Of a DNA stretch of 64,000 bases, positions 50,454-63,752 are shown one piece after another. Position numbers and translations under genes: made by a program. A model generated the notes under the pieces. The model was not told the DNA's origin. It searched no databases and saw nothing but the letters and a program-made list of their open reading frames with translations. The DNA comes from Vitrella brassicaformis CCMP3155 (taxonomy: Eukaryota > Protista > Chromerida), in contig CDMY01000302.1 of assembly GCA_001179505.1 (NCBI GenBank), positions 64,682-128,681 of the forward strand, given 5' to 3'. How positions within the stretch are numbered: position 1 is the first letter of the stretch; every line of letters begins with the position of its first letter.

Positions 50454-51779
50454 TCACTTCAAGCATTTGGGGCCCTCAAGGATAGCATACAGCCTTCCCA
50501 CCCCTGTCTCTAGCGTGTGTGTGTCGATGATGTACTCACTCGCCCAGAAGTCAGCCATCCTTCCTCTGCCCTTGCCTCGCTTCTCCTCTCTGCGTCTCTG
50601 CATGACCTCTGGAGGCCAGATACGTACAGATGAGCCAGTGCACTGACGTCTCTGCCCGTGTGCATTCACCTTCCCCCTTTACACCAGCACCGCCATGGGA
50701 ATCAGATAGAAAAAGCGATCACCGGGCAGCGAGACGGCCAGCAGATCAAAGTCTCCCTCATCATACAGCCGATATGTGCGACGTCCGCCCTCCTTGCCAG
50801 CGCTCTTGTGAAGGACAACAAGATATGAGCCGTTGGTGTGGTCGGTGCGAATGCCGGCTAGTTTGTGCTGAATGAGGAACTTCCTGCCATTCCAGCACCA
50901 GACTGCGTCGACAGGCGTGTCCTCGTAGCTGAGCTGGCGTGGACGGACATCCATACCAGCAGCAGACAGCAAAGGGGCCCATGCGGCAACGGATGCCTCG
51001 CCCTTCTGATGGCGCTCAGACCGCTGCAGCATGATGTTCGCCAGGGAGTTCTTGGCGAATGAAGGGCCCTGATAGGCCAGCAGCAGCTTGTGGGACAGAG
51101 ATGCCGGCCCATCAAGGGCCGTCGAGCATCGGAATTTCGCATGGTCCCACTTGCCATTCTCATAGACGGCAAGGAGACCAGACCTGCCGCATACTTCCTT
51201 CAGCATGGATCCGCTGTAGCACCAGATGCGGTAGTCCGAGAGAGCCACACAGACGACGGGGATGCCGGCATACTGATCGACATGATGGAACTGCCAAGCA
51301 CGACCGTAGTTGCTGCTCTTCTTCTTGGTGGTCTTGACTTGCACCGGCAGCCACACATCTTCATACACGCCAAGGGAACGCACTGCAAGGTCAGTATGGG
51401 CCTTCTCATACGTCCTCTGCACCTCAAACCATCGCCTCAGCAGATCCATCACACACTGAACGCCCGAGTTGCTGATGAGCCGCAGTTTCTTCTTCTCCCA
51501 TCGCTGGAGCAGAATGTCAGCAGCAGGGCTTGAGAGGAGCCGTCGATGCACAAGCTGCTGGAATTGGGTGGCGAAGGGAGAGGACGCGCTGGCAGCAGAG
51601 GCAGGGGACCGGTGGGAGCCCGATAGATGACGAGAGGCGACAGCGAGGCCCGCCTGCATCGATGAAATCACAGGATGAGGCAGAAATGGCGAGGAACGGC
51701 AGCAGAGAGGAATCCTGGCGGCGGCCGCAATGGATCGATGAGGCGCCAGCAGGCATCGGCCAACGAACAGGAGGCACAT
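50454..51779 (-). pseudogene. Intronless tandem PD-(D/E)XK nuclease-like gene, copy 2, premature TAA at 50679-50681
   Basis: HTDLAV...LPVQVKT, TPVDAVW..FLIQHK, DFDLLAVSLPGDRFFYLIP. CAA->TAA relative to copy 1; the frame then continues ADFWASEYIID..LEGPKCLK* to 50454. Confidence 0.7.
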
Positions 51780-51914
51780 TTGCGGACGGCACTTGGCGCT
51801 CGTTACGATTTTGGGAGGCGCATCGGTGTACAGTACTGAGTGTACTGAGTGTGCTCTGTCAGCTGCTGTATCTGAGAGCCGATCGATATCCATCCATCGA
51901 TCCATCCATGGTTG

Positions 51915-52055
51915 TCTGGTACCTGGATAATATTTGCTGCGGGGATGGCGTCTGTGTTTCTGCGGCTGTACACAGAGGGCGGCTGGAGAACTGGTGGCAG
52001 CTGACGGGAGGCGGACCACCAGCGATGAAGCACTGCATCAAGGCGGGCCTTCAAG
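51915..52055 (+). pseudogene. Ctr copper transporter remnant
   Basis: ataatatttgctgcggggatggcgtctgtgtttctgcggctgtac..RGRLENWWQLTGGG..AMKHCIKAGL matches the reverse complement of 2620-2750; frameshifted and truncated. Confidence 0.8.
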
Positions 52056-52429
52056 TACATTTCAACACTGTCTCCCACTCACTCCCACCCGTTCTAGGCT
52101 GCCCATCCTGTTGACGACAAACAAGACACGGAAAGGAGCCACAATTGGTCGGTCAGTTGTGGGTGTGTCTTGTCTGTCTCATAGAAGCTTTTGTCACGCG
52201 CCGATTGCCTGGAGGTGTCACATCTTGTGTCGGTTGTGAAGCCTTTGTTGGAGACATGTTGACTCTCCCGTGTGCACACATACTGACGTATACACATCGG
52301 TGGATTGATGGATGGATATCGCTGCAGTCGCCTGCACTGTAATCTCGTGTGAGTGCCGTCTTGCCTAGCTACATGGAAGGAAAGATGCCGCTCACGCAAA
52401 TGTGAGCTCACTTTGCCATGACTTAAACA

Positions 52430-54640
52430 ATGATTGAGAGAGAGGTCTGCCAGGTACACACACTCCACCGTACAGTCACCTCGAGAGAGTTATGGCCGGC
52501 AGGTGAGTCAGCCACACAGCCAAACACTCTCACACATCGGCCAGGGCATCACATCAAATCGGCCAGCAGCCGATCGGATCGCACCACAGGCACTCACACC
52601 CACAGGCAGCCAGCCATGACGACGGGCGGATATCTCTTCATACACACACAGACAGGGGGAGGGAGTGGTATGCGCTGTATCTTGAAGAAACAGATCCGCT
52701 ACAGAAAGGAATAACGACAGCCAGCACTCCCTTCACCATCCTGACGACAGACACGCACACAACTGCATGACGGAAGGCATGGATCGACTTTGCGAGTGGA
52801 GTGTCTGTGGCGTACCCCATTTGACAGATCGATCAGCCGCCGGACGTGCCGCCGCCCTCCGCCTCAGCTGCGACACCGTCACCTGCCCAAGGCACACACA
52901 CACACACAAATGAATGTGAGGCAGGTCCACGTGAGGGCTGGGGTGTGTGTGACTGTGTACCTCCACTGCCGTCATCCACACCGTCACCCTCATTGCCGCT
53001 GCCATCGTCGAAATCTAAACGCCACACACACACAGCGGGAAGGCACATCTTCCATCCATCCATCCATCCAAGTGTTTACCATCGTCGCTGTCGTCATCTT
53101 GCTGTTGCTGCTGCTGCTGGTGCTGCTGCTGGTGCTGCTGCTGTGGCACTGGTCCGTCGAATATGAACGGCGCCACCGCCCCCAACGCCACGCGAGCCAA
53201 CTGAGTGGTGACGGGGAAGCGGTGCTTGAACAGACCACCCACACATGCAGCCGCCTCAGTCGTCACGACACGCACGTCCACTACACACAAGGGAACAACA
53301 ACATGCGACGTATGACTAGCAGAACTCCCTCCCTCTGTCACGCTGACCGATGTTATTTCCTAGGCACAAGTGCCGAATATCAATCAATGCGACGAAGGGG
53401 TGGCTGCCATCGCTCAGCACCAGCCAGCGCCCATAAATGTCCCGGCTCAGTGTGGTCGTGCAGCCGGCCACCGGTGTGTGTGGGGACTGCATCAGTAGGT
53501 CGTCCAGACGACCGCCACCAACAGCTCTGAACCAACCACATCAACAAACGACTTGTGGTATTCCCGTTTCGACGCATTTGATGACATTGGGTTGGTACCT
53601 GTTGAGTAGAGTCGTTGTGACATTGGTCTGGTGAGTATTGGTGAAGACGCTGAGGATATTGAGCTTGGCGAACGATGAAACAGACGCCTCGGCGATCCCC
53701 AGGCCACCGCTCGATACCCACCCATCGGTCGAATAGTACATGCGGCTGCGCACCGGTGGGTCGTGTGGCTGCCGGTGCCGCCGGGACAGGTCGCCGGCAG
53801 GGAGGGGCGGGTCGACCTGCAGCTCGAAGCCGGGCTCGTCGACGATGGTTCGCACCTCACCGTTGCCGTGCTGGAACAGCTGCAGGCAGCTGCCGTCACT
53901 GAAGTGGATGTGGGGGCCGACCATCTTGAGCTGCGCCAACACACGGGGAGCCGAAACATACGCCTACACACACGACCACACACAGACAGACAGAGAGACA
54001 GAGAGAGTGAGGCCCTCTCCCTCCCCTCCCCGCCCGTCTGTTTGCCGGCTCACCGTTTTGTTTGTGTGTGCGTTGATGTCAGCCCCACTGAGGGTCACAG
54101 GCAGCTCACAGTTGCCGCACTGCCCCGCCAGCTCAATCACGTCGCCCATCTCGCCCCATGGCCCCTCCTCCACCACACACACAGCCGCCAACAGATCATG
54201 TGTGCCGAACTGGTCGGCTCGAACCGCAGCAGCCGCACTTGCTGCCCATTCACATTCGCCCGCCGCAGCCCCGCCTGTGAGCCCAGCGAGTGGCGGAGCC
54301 GATCTCTCAGCTGGGCCGCTCCGAAGAGCTTCCTGAGCCAGGTGCAGGTGGCCCTCAGCCGCACGACGTCCTTGACGCTGAGGAGGTAGCGGCTCCTCCG
54401 GCCCACACACAGGTATGACACGGGGTGCTGCTGCTGCTGCTCGTGGTGCTGCATGGGATGTCCAGATGGGCCAAGACGGTCAGATGAGTGAGGCGGTGGT
54501 CGACGAGAGAGAGGCTGCACAGAGCGACAGAGCCGACAGAGGATTGTGTCCATCAAGCATGCTGCTCACTCACAGATCTGTGTGCTGCTCACCTCGTTCG
54601 ATGCTCAGACCAGCTCCTCCGGCAGCAGCGGTCTCAGGGA
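52430..54640 (-). pseudogene. Family C copy (inverted homolog of 7980-10200), frameshifted
   Basis: Same exon order. LLRFDDDQFGAHDL becomes LLRFEPTSSAHM through a small deletion near 54220, and there are further frame breaks near 53700. Confidence 0.7.
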
Positions 54641-54685
54641 GCACCCTGGGCGGCCTGTTGCGAGCTTGGAAGCGCTTCGCTCCCG

Positions 54686-55578
54686 ATGAGCGAGAAACAA
54701 CGATCTAGCAAGGCCGCCGCTGCATCAGTCGCTGACAACGACAACACGGTGACCGACGCCATGCTGACCTCCACAACCACAGCCAAGAAGCGGCAAAGAG
54801 ATGCAGACGTGGGGACAGAGAGGAGAGCACGAGAAGACGAGAATGATGAAGACGAAGATGAGGATGAGGATGAGGATGAGATTGGCGAGATCGACTTGCT
54901 GCGGGCGGAGAGGGATCAGCGGCGGGCGGTGGAACAAGACGACGATGAAGATGACGAGAATGAGGGGGAGGATGAAGAGGCAGAGGGAGATGAAAAGGAG
55001 GAAGCAGACTTCGTAAGGGGGGATGGATGAATGAGTGGCTCAGATCGCTTTTGTTGCTTGGACGGGTGTGTGGCTGGTGGCTGTGTGGCTGGATGTGTGT
55101 GTGCAGGACACGCTCAACGCCGAGTTTGACTTCTGCGACCCGAGCGAAGGCGACTTCCAGGGGTACACTATTGGGCCCATGTGATGTGGCCCATACCATA
55201 CACACAGGCAGTGGGTCTCATGTCATGTGACTGCCTGTGTGTGGTTCATGGTGCAGGGTGAAGCTGTTGCTGCACGAGTGGCAGCTGTCCAAGAACTTCA
55301 ACCTCTCGCAACTCGCACAGTGTGTATGCGAACAGGTGGGCACACACACGACAGGACGACACGACACACGCACATGTGCTCATGTCCATCATGTGATTGG
55401 CAGGGGAATATCGGGTCGATCATCAAGGCTGACAGCGGGAAGGACGGGGAGGGGCAAGGTGGTGAGGGTGATGACGACGACGATGCGGCCCTGTGTGGCG
55501 TGCTGACGCTGCTCAACTTCCAGCAGTACCAAGACGTCAGTCAGATCACGAAGCACATGTACGACGGGCTCTTTATCT

Positions 55579-55616
<38 letters not shown>

Positions 55617-56783
55617 TGTGTGTCATCTGTGCAGACATTTGGCTGCCTCAAGCAGATCCGCAGCTACATCCTGGAAAAGGCCAAGTAGGCACACAGGCAC
55701 ACCCACACTCACACGCGTGCACCATCAGTCACTTGTGTGGTGCTCTCTGCTGGCGCTCTCCCTGTGTGTGTCAGGAAGCACGCATCAGCCGAAGACCAAG
55801 CGACACTCGGTGCGCACCGCCCACAGCCCGTTTCCTTGCAGCGAACAACTGCCACATCTCTCTCTCTTTCTCTCTCTCAGATGGCCTCCTGAAGCCGTCA
55901 AGTCCGACCTATGAGGGCGGCAAGAAGGCGTGTGTGGGTCTTTTGGTCAACGAGCGGTACATCAACTTGCCGCCCTCGCTGATCCCGCCCCTCTACCAAA
56001 CCATGTGGGACGACGTCAAGTGGTCGCTTGAGACGCCGGTCTGTCAGAGAGAGAGAGAGGGAGAGAGAGGGAGGGAAGGGAATGTGCATTGCGTGTGTCT
56101 GGATGGATGTGTGTGTGTGTGTGCACACAGGAGTGCCCCGAGGACGAAAAGCAGCACTACCACTTCACCCACTTCGTCGGCATCTCGAAGTCAGCCACAG
56201 CACACACACGCTCACACACAGAGAGAGACAAAAGCCCATCCATCTCTCTGTGCTGCCTGTGTCAACAATCAGGTTCTACCGTGACCCCACTGCTGGTGGT
56301 GGTGCTGCTGGTGGGGCGCCGAAGGGCAAGAAGAAGAAAAAACGGCAGAAGACAGACACGGCAGATGGGAGTGGCAGTAGTGGTGGTGGTGGTGGTGATG
56401 CGGTGTACGTCAAGTTTGAGGACGAGGTGTTTGTCAAGAACGCGACGCTGACATTCGAATTCCCCACCAGCAAATCGGTTAGTCATGGAGAGGGCAAACA
56501 TGTGTGTGTGGCGTGTGTTGTGTTATTCATGTGTGTCTCTCAGGTTCGCATGACGTCTCGCGAGAGTGCCGGTGCATCGCAGTCCTTCCCAGAGTACAAA
56601 CTGGTAGGTGCCTGAATGGCTTGCGTTGGTCGTCACACACACACCGACACAGACACGGGTGTGTTGTTTGTCTCTGTTGGCTGGTTGGTGCGGCAGGTGT
56701 ATGTGGTGCCGTACTCGAAGCTGCCGTCGCTGACTGCCGCCATGAAGGAGATCGCCCCGCCGCTGCCCACACAGAACAAGTAG
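54686..56783 (+). CDS. BCP1: BCP1/BCCIP (60S biogenesis, Rpl23 chaperone family)
   Basis: Acidic N-terminus; LNAEFDFCDPSEGDFQG/VKLLL, GNIGSIIK, LCGVLTLLNF, VGLLVNERYINLPPSLIPPLY, YHFTHFVGISK, YVKFEDEVF. Confidence 0.92.
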
Positions 56784-57313
56784 TAGTGATCCGACCTGCA
56801 GGACTGGCGAGTGTATGTGTGAGTGATTTTGAGTTTGTCGTTGTGGCTCGACGGCCGGCTGTGTTTGGCCTTCCGTCGACCGGCGACATCAGTGCACTCT
56901 CACCCCTGACGTGAGAAGGCTCTCTTGTGACCGCGAGATGGAAGGAAAAACACAGTGGGCCGCTGGATGGACGGATGAACGGATGCGTGTGTCTTTTGCT
57001 AGTAAGTGAGGCATACACTGAGCGATGGGGAAGCATCTTGATCCATTGATGATGAAGGCGTCAGCAGTCAACACGCCCACACACGACATGCAGTCAAGTC
57101 AGTCTATCTGATTAACAGTGCCAAAAAAGTCATGTACCTCTCCGTCTCTCGGCCCAAAGCACATAAGCCACCCACACACACACACCCACACACACACACA
57201 GCCGACACAACAATAGAGCACAGAGGGCGCCGTTGGCGCGCACTCACTCAGTTGACTGGTCCCTCCCCCCACCCACCAGCCAGCCAGCCGCCTGTCTGTC
57301 TGCCTGGGCTAGA

Positions 57314-58431
57314 CTAGACGAGTGTGGGCATTGGTGGGATTCTGATGTGGGACACTTTGGTGGGGATGACCTGGTCGATGAGGCCGTACTCTCGCGCCTC
57401 GTCGGGCGACATGAAGAAGTCACGGTCGCAGTCCTCCTGATTAGTAACAGTCACAATGACACACACACACACACACAGAGACAGAGAGAGAGATGCACGC
57501 AGCAAGAAAACGGTCCTCAGCACTCGGTGCACTCACCGCGATTTTGTCGAGCGGCTGGCTTGTGAAGGCGGCCATGTAAGTGTTGAGGAGCTGTCTTGTG
57601 TAGAGGATTTCCTTGGCCTGAATCTCGATGTCGGCGGCCTGTCCCTGGGCGCCGCCCAGTGGCTGGTGGATCATGATTCTGGCGTTGGGGAGACTCTTCC
57701 GCTTGCCCTTGGTGCCGGCGCTCAGCAAGAAGGCCCCCATACTCGCCGCAATCCCGAAGCAGACCGTCTCGACGTCACAGGGGACGAACTGCATGGTGTC
57801 GAAAATGGCTAAACCGGCCGTGACGGAGCCCCCCGGGCTGTTGATGTAGAACTTGATGTCCTTTGTGGGGTCTTCGTTGGCCAAAAACAGCATCTGCGCC
57901 ACCAACGCGTTGGCCACCTCGTCAGTCACCTGCACACAACACATCAATCCCATCACACCTAAGGATCTCCCCTGCTGACCCACCATTATTCACTCCTTGA
58001 GTGACTGACCTGGTTGCCGAGGAGCAGCACTCTGTCCTTGAGGAGCCGCGAGACGACATCCATCCTGCCCTCGTCCACAGTCGGCATCACCACAGGCAGC
58101 GGCTGCCCCGGCCGCCCGGGGGTGTTTGGCGGCACCGCTGCACACAACAAAACAGAACAAAACACATACACAGAGAGGCAATGCACTCACTACATCGGCT
58201 GTCTTGCCCCTCCCCCCCTCCCATCGACGCACCAGGCGGCTCATCCATTGTGGGAGGCACCCACAGTGAGGACACCTCGCCCCTGTGCGCATCTCGCCGG
58301 CTGCTTGTAGAGGTAGAGGTGGACAGCAGCCGCTGCATGAGGCTTGTGCGGGAGGGGAGAGGGGGCGTGAAGGCGGAGATCAGCGACACCAGCAGCACTG
58401 GCACCACCGCGGCAAGCGCAGGCAGCTGCAT
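57314..58431 (-). CDS. clpP: ATP-dependent Clp protease proteolytic subunit, predicted plastid-targeted
   Basis: [39 protein letters not shown] (Ser), IMIHQPLGG (His), DCDRDFFMS (Asp). The N-terminus [24 protein letters not shown] has a signal peptide, a +1 Phe and a Ser/Thr/Arg-rich transit region. Confidence 0.96.
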
Positions 58432-58465
58432 TATTGTTGTCTGTGTTGTGATGGGAGCAGATCTC

Positions 58466-58496
58466 TAGGGTTTCAGGGTTTAGGGTAGGGTTTTTT
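58466..58496. repeat. Short degenerate telomere-like tract (TTTAGGG-type) in a divergent promoter
   Basis: ctagggtttcagggtttagggtagggtttttt. Confidence 0.6.
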
Positions 58497-58587
58497 GTCC
58501 ATTTTCTTGGCCAACACACAAGGAGTTTCCAGCAAAAAGGCTTCTTTCCGCGATATCTCTCCAAAAACGGACGGCAACAGGCAGACG

Positions 58588-60605
58588 ATGATCTCCAGCG
58601 TCGTGTTCATCGCCCTCCTGGGCCTTCAGGCCACGCTGGCACAGGTGCGCTCGTGTGGTGTGGCTGTGGGCGGCGGGCGGCGGTCGGGCGGCTTCCTTCC
58701 GTCAGATCTTCCATTGGATGGCACAGAACGGCAGATTCGGCCGTAGATCTGCCCATCCATCCATCCATCTCGCTGTGGTGCGGTGTGTTGTGCGCTCTGC
58801 TGTGTGCAGGTTGCGGTGGAAGGCACATCGCGGGACGCCGTCGTGCGGACCCACGAAGATAAGAAGGACCAGGTCAGCACAGCTGCTCCCGACACACAAA
58901 AACCATGTGATCTCCGTCACGGTGGTGATGTTGTGCGGTGAATTGTGCGGTGGTGTTGCAGCAGGTAGTGTCGTCGTCGTTTGTCCAGGGGGGCCACCAC
59001 AACATCCTCCGCGGCCGTGAGAGCAACACCAACACCCACACAGCTGAGGGCCGTGCAGATGCACCACCACCACCAGCGGCGGCGGGGTCGACTTATGCCG
59101 ATAGCTACAGCGACCACTTGGCGGAGGCGGAGGACCGGGAGGAGGAGGATGACGACCCCATTGTGGAGCTGATGCAGATCCACGAGTCCCACCACACCAC
59201 ACAGGACAACACAGACGGGATCGTTGCAGATGGTGAGCAACTGCTGAGAGGGAGGGAGGGAGGGAGAGATATGGATGGATGGATGGATGAATGGATGGAT
59301 GGTGGATGTTGCAGGCGCCGCAGAGAGACCTCCTCAGAACAAGGCCGAGCCCCTCCCCCATCAGCCTTTCCCTCTGCAGCAGAACGCCTCAACGGTCCCC
59401 GCTTTGGCGCCCATCAAAATAAGCGACGGCGGTCACACCAAGCCCAACCAGGTGGCCGGCGATGGCCGCGACACACACACACACACACACACGGGATTTT
59501 CTCTCCTTGACGTGTGTGTGTGTGTGCAGCAGGTGGCAGCGGCCTCTTTTGCCGAGGAGGGCCGCAACATCCTCCGCCGTGAGACCACCAACACGCACAC
59601 AGAGGCCTCTGGGGACGACTACAGTGAGCGTCTGGAGGAGGACGTCGAGCTGATGCAGCTGGACGAGGGCCACCACACCGCACACGCACACAACAACACG
59701 CACAACAGCACACAGACACGGACACACGAGGGAGAGGTGGGGGCTGTGGCGGGGGAGATGGAGGGGTACAAGGAGGCGCTGCTGCTGGAGGAGGACAATG
59801 ACGACGACCCCATATCCCTGATGCAAGTGGACGAGGCCCACCACACCGCACACACACACACATCTGGTGGGTGGGCAAACACACACACGCACACACAGAG
59901 GGAGAGGGAGAGGGAGAGGGAGAAAGAGAGAGATGTGTGTGTATGTGTGTTGATGGTGTGTGTGTGTGTTGAAGGGATGGAGAGTGCAGATGAGTTTGAC
60001 TCATATTTCGCAGAGCCGCCGCAGCAGCACGCCGACGAAGGACACGCCGAACACAGCTGCGGCGAGGGGGAAGGTTCGCCTGCTGAGACCCCCCCCACAC
60101 ACAACACACGGCATACACACACACACACATATGCAATGGAATCCTCTGTGTAGGCTGCATGGCTGGGTGCGGGGATACGGATAAGGACGGCTGCAAGTGC
60201 TCCCCTCGAGTCAAGATTGAGTAGGGAAGGAAACCACGCTCACACACACACACACATGGATCCATGAGCCAACACACGTGTCGCGAGTGTATGTGTGTCT
60301 TCTTCTTGTGTGGGTATGTGTGTGTGTGGTCACAGGTTCGAAAAGGACTACTTCCTCACGCGTAAGCCACCCACCACCACCCCCAACACGCACACACACA
60401 CAGAGATCCCTCCATCCCTTGTGGCCATGCCATCTCTCTCCCAGAGACCTTCGAGCGCCTCAACTTCCCCTCCACCACTCTCTGCATGGCCGACAGCGTG
60501 TCAGTCGGCCCCAAATGCAACACTACCAAATGCAACACACCCAAATCAACAAATACCAAGTGAGCCAGCCAAACACACGACACGCAGTGCAGGCAGTGCA
60601 GTGGA

Positions 60606-60640
<35 letters not shown>

Positions 60641-62095
60641 GTGTGTGTGTGGTGTGTGTTGTAGGCTGCAGGGGACAGCCGGCTGCCACACCGCCACTAC
60701 TACTACAGCGACCTCAGCCAAGTCGACGCAGCGCTCGGCCATGCCCACATACGCCTGGCGCCACCCCGCCGCCCGGAGCGAGCCGTACGCCGTCCACCAC
60801 CAGCACCAGCACCAGCACCAGCCGCAGCGCCAGGCCCAGCAGCATGATCACAGATACTACTCGTACCAGTTCTCTGACCCCACTAACAAGTTCCACGTAA
60901 GGTTCCAATGGGACATAACACACACATGTGAGACACACATTCGTTTGTGTGGGTGTGGGTGTCAGATTCTGGGCCGCCGATCGTCGTTTGGCCCTGCCCC
61001 CGCCGCCCATTCGCTAGCTCAGCTGAACACGGCGGCCAATAGTGATAACTCGGCTGAGGCCGAGGCCGATAGCGAGGCCGAGGGGGCTTCCGACCAAACA
61101 CCCCTCTACGCCGAAAGAATCGATGTGAGGACATGGAGAGAGAAAAAGACAAAAAGAGATGGAACCCCATGTTGTGTGTTGTGGTGTGGTGTGTGCAGCT
61201 GTATTCGGAGAAGCTTGACGCCGACGGCTACACCGTGGCCCACCTGCGGCTGCTGCCTCCGGCCAGCGGGCAGTCCTCCTCCTCCTCCTTCTGCGAGGGG
61301 GGCGTGGGTGGTGGTGTTGGTGGTGTGGGTGGCGGCGTGACTCGCCGATGCGCTTACCACGACAACCGCAGCGGCCGACTGGGGATGATCCCTCCTTCTT
61401 CTTCTCCTTCTATCCCTCCCGTACGCAATACGCAGACAGACAGACAGACAGAGAGAGGGAGAGAGAGAGAGAGACATGGGCCATTCCCAGAGAGGCGGAG
61501 AGAGACAGACATGGCGGCCCCCCCACCACCCCCTCCCTCTCATCTGTCTGTCTGTCTGTCTGTCTGTTCTCTGCTGCAGAAGAGCATCGGCAGCAGCAGC
61601 GTCCCCACCAAGACCCCCACCCTGACCGTCTGCCGCGCGCCGCCCGGCGACGAGTGGCGGGACGTCGACTTCTTCAGAGTCCGCTTCACCTGCCTCAAAC
61701 CCAAGCACAAGCAGATTACCGCACCCGCACCCACATCGACGTCGGCACACACAGACATGCAGAACGCCCAGCAGAGCTCCTTCATCCCACCCAGCACCAC
61801 AACCACGACCATGGCGCCTTGGTCGGCCGCTGGCGTCATGACGACCATGGCGCCGCTCCCGCAGCAGCCGCAGCAGCCGCAGCAGCCCACACCCACACCC
61901 ACGAGCATCCCCACGACCATGTCGCCCATGAAGATGAAGCTGCTCAAGAAGACAACCACCACCACCACCACGACCACGACCATGGCGCCCATGGCACCAG
62001 CCGGGGCGAACGCAACGATCCACGGGGAGATTCCGCAGATGGCCCCCTTGAAGATGAAGACCGAGACGGAGGAGTATTACTATACCATCCGCTAG
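58588..62095 (+). CDS. Secreted protein with acidic/His-rich repeats, a Cys-containing middle and a Thr/Pro/Met-rich tail
   Basis: Signal MISSVVFIALLGLQATLAQ; three ELMQxxExHHT-type repeats (about 59170, 59650 and 59820); GCMAGCGDTDKDGCKCSP; TTTTTMAP tail ending YYYTIR*. Confidence 0.65.
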
Positions 62096-62639
62096 GGCTA
62101 TGTTTGATAAGGGCGGTTAGCTTAGGTCAGTTAGAGAACGTCGGATGATCACACCTGATGGATGGATGCGTGTAAGGCGTGTGTGTGTGCGTGTGTGTTT
62201 TAAGGGGGGAGAGAGAGAGAGAGAGAGAGAGGCGTCAGATGGACACCTCTGTGTGTGTGCAGCGAGCAGATAGTGTGCAGGCAGACTGAGAAGAGGACCG
62301 AAGGACGGCTTAGTGTGACGCATAGACAACAAACGGACAAACGGACAGACCGCTAAAGTCACACGAATCGAATCGAGCCGCATCGCGTCAATAGGAGAAA
62401 GACGGAAATCGGGTCGGCGTCATGCACCTAATTAGTCTCATGCGGACACACACTGCAGACGGCCTCTCTGCCTCTGAAACCCCATGTGACAGGTAGTTTA
62501 CGTGGTGGGTGCGAAAAATCAGGCAGGCCGATCAGACACCGACAACACATAAGGCCATCCATCCATCCATCCATCCACACACACACACACACACGCCAGG
62601 CCAGGCCAAGCCACACAACACAGCTCACTTCCCCCTTTT

Positions 62640-63752
62640 CTCGGCCTCCCCATCCTCATGTGCAGCACGCGCCATCGTCGCGCACAGCACAGGAGGATAA
62701 GAAGGTCACCAAAAGGGAATGGAACCGAGCGACGACCATGCATCTTCTCATCCTCTCTCTATACACACAACCGACACACCGTATCCCGGCCAGCCATCCG
62801 CTCACTCAATCACTCAAGGGTCACCCTGACCACCTGCACACACACACAAGGAAGATCCACACACATTCGCAATGGCCATGCAAAGAAAGATACTCACCTT
62901 GTCGGATTCCTTGTCGTCGTCGGTCTCCCATACCGCCTCGATGACCTCGACGCCCACGGCCACGGCGGAGGTGCTCTGGGGGTCGATGCCGCACGACTCG
63001 CTGCTCAACGGACACATGTCGTTCAAACCATACACCTAAACGACACAGTCGACAGGACACACACAAGGGTGTCTTTGCTCTCTGTCTCTCTCTCTCTCTC
63101 TGTGTGTGTGTGTGCAGAGCACTCGACGTGCCTTTTCATTGGTGTCCTCGAGTGTGAGCAGCTCCTCGGCGTCCCTGGTGCACGTACCCACATACATCCG
63201 CAGCTGAACACACACACATCCATCCGTCCATCCACACACAGCAGACACATGTTTGCTTGTCAGTTTGTGTGCCTTGAGTTTGATGTCTGCCGGTGCGACG
63301 AAGACGAGGCTGCAGTGGTCATCCTTGGTGCACCAAAAGTTACCTAAAGACACGCACACACACTCGCAGGCATGCAGCATGCAGCCCAAATCAGACAGAC
63401 AGACAGACAGTCGCCCATCCCACCTCAGCTCACCTTTTGGGTAGAAGGATATGACGCAGTCCGGGATGCCAAACACAGTCATCTTAGGTGTCGACAGACT
63501 AATCATTTGGCACACACACGACCACAGAAGCACCCCAGCAGCAGCATATTGATCTGACCTGATCTTGTCTGTGATGATCTGACCTTTGATCGTTGCGTAT
63601 GTGTTTGCACTTCTCTGCATTCATTCATCCATCCAAAAGCCACACCACGTCGGTCACAGCCCGTGTGTAATGATGTTGATGTGGGTGCGCGTTGTGTGCT
63701 GACCGGCGAAGCGCTCGATGGTCAGCTCCAGCACGTTGTTTGTGATCTCCAT
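62640..63752 (-). CDS. MATH/TRAF-like domain protein; 3' end uncertain
   Basis: MEITNNVLELTIERF, ISLSTPKMTVFGIPDCVISFYPKG/NFWCTKDDHCSLVF, LRMYVG, YGLNDMCPL, AVAVGVEVIE follow the MATH beta-strand pattern. Confidence 0.55.

Larger units (their letters stand above)
49796..52055 (-). repeat. Dispersed repeat unit B copy 2 (nuclease plus flank plus Ctr remnant)
   Basis: Reverse complement of 3031-5011, extended by Ctr-derived sequence at about 51915-52055. Confidence 0.85.

Noticed and set aside
10567-58431. Proteostasis gene cluster (ClpB, ClpP, USP, Ub-like, DTD2)
   Set aside because: The genes are far apart, on mixed strands and in different predicted compartments (ClpB has no plastid leader). 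There is no evidence of functional clustering.
61106-62023. 305-aa antisense ORF opposite the secreted protein's last exon
   Set aside because: A shadow frame of GC-rich, low-complexity coding sequence.
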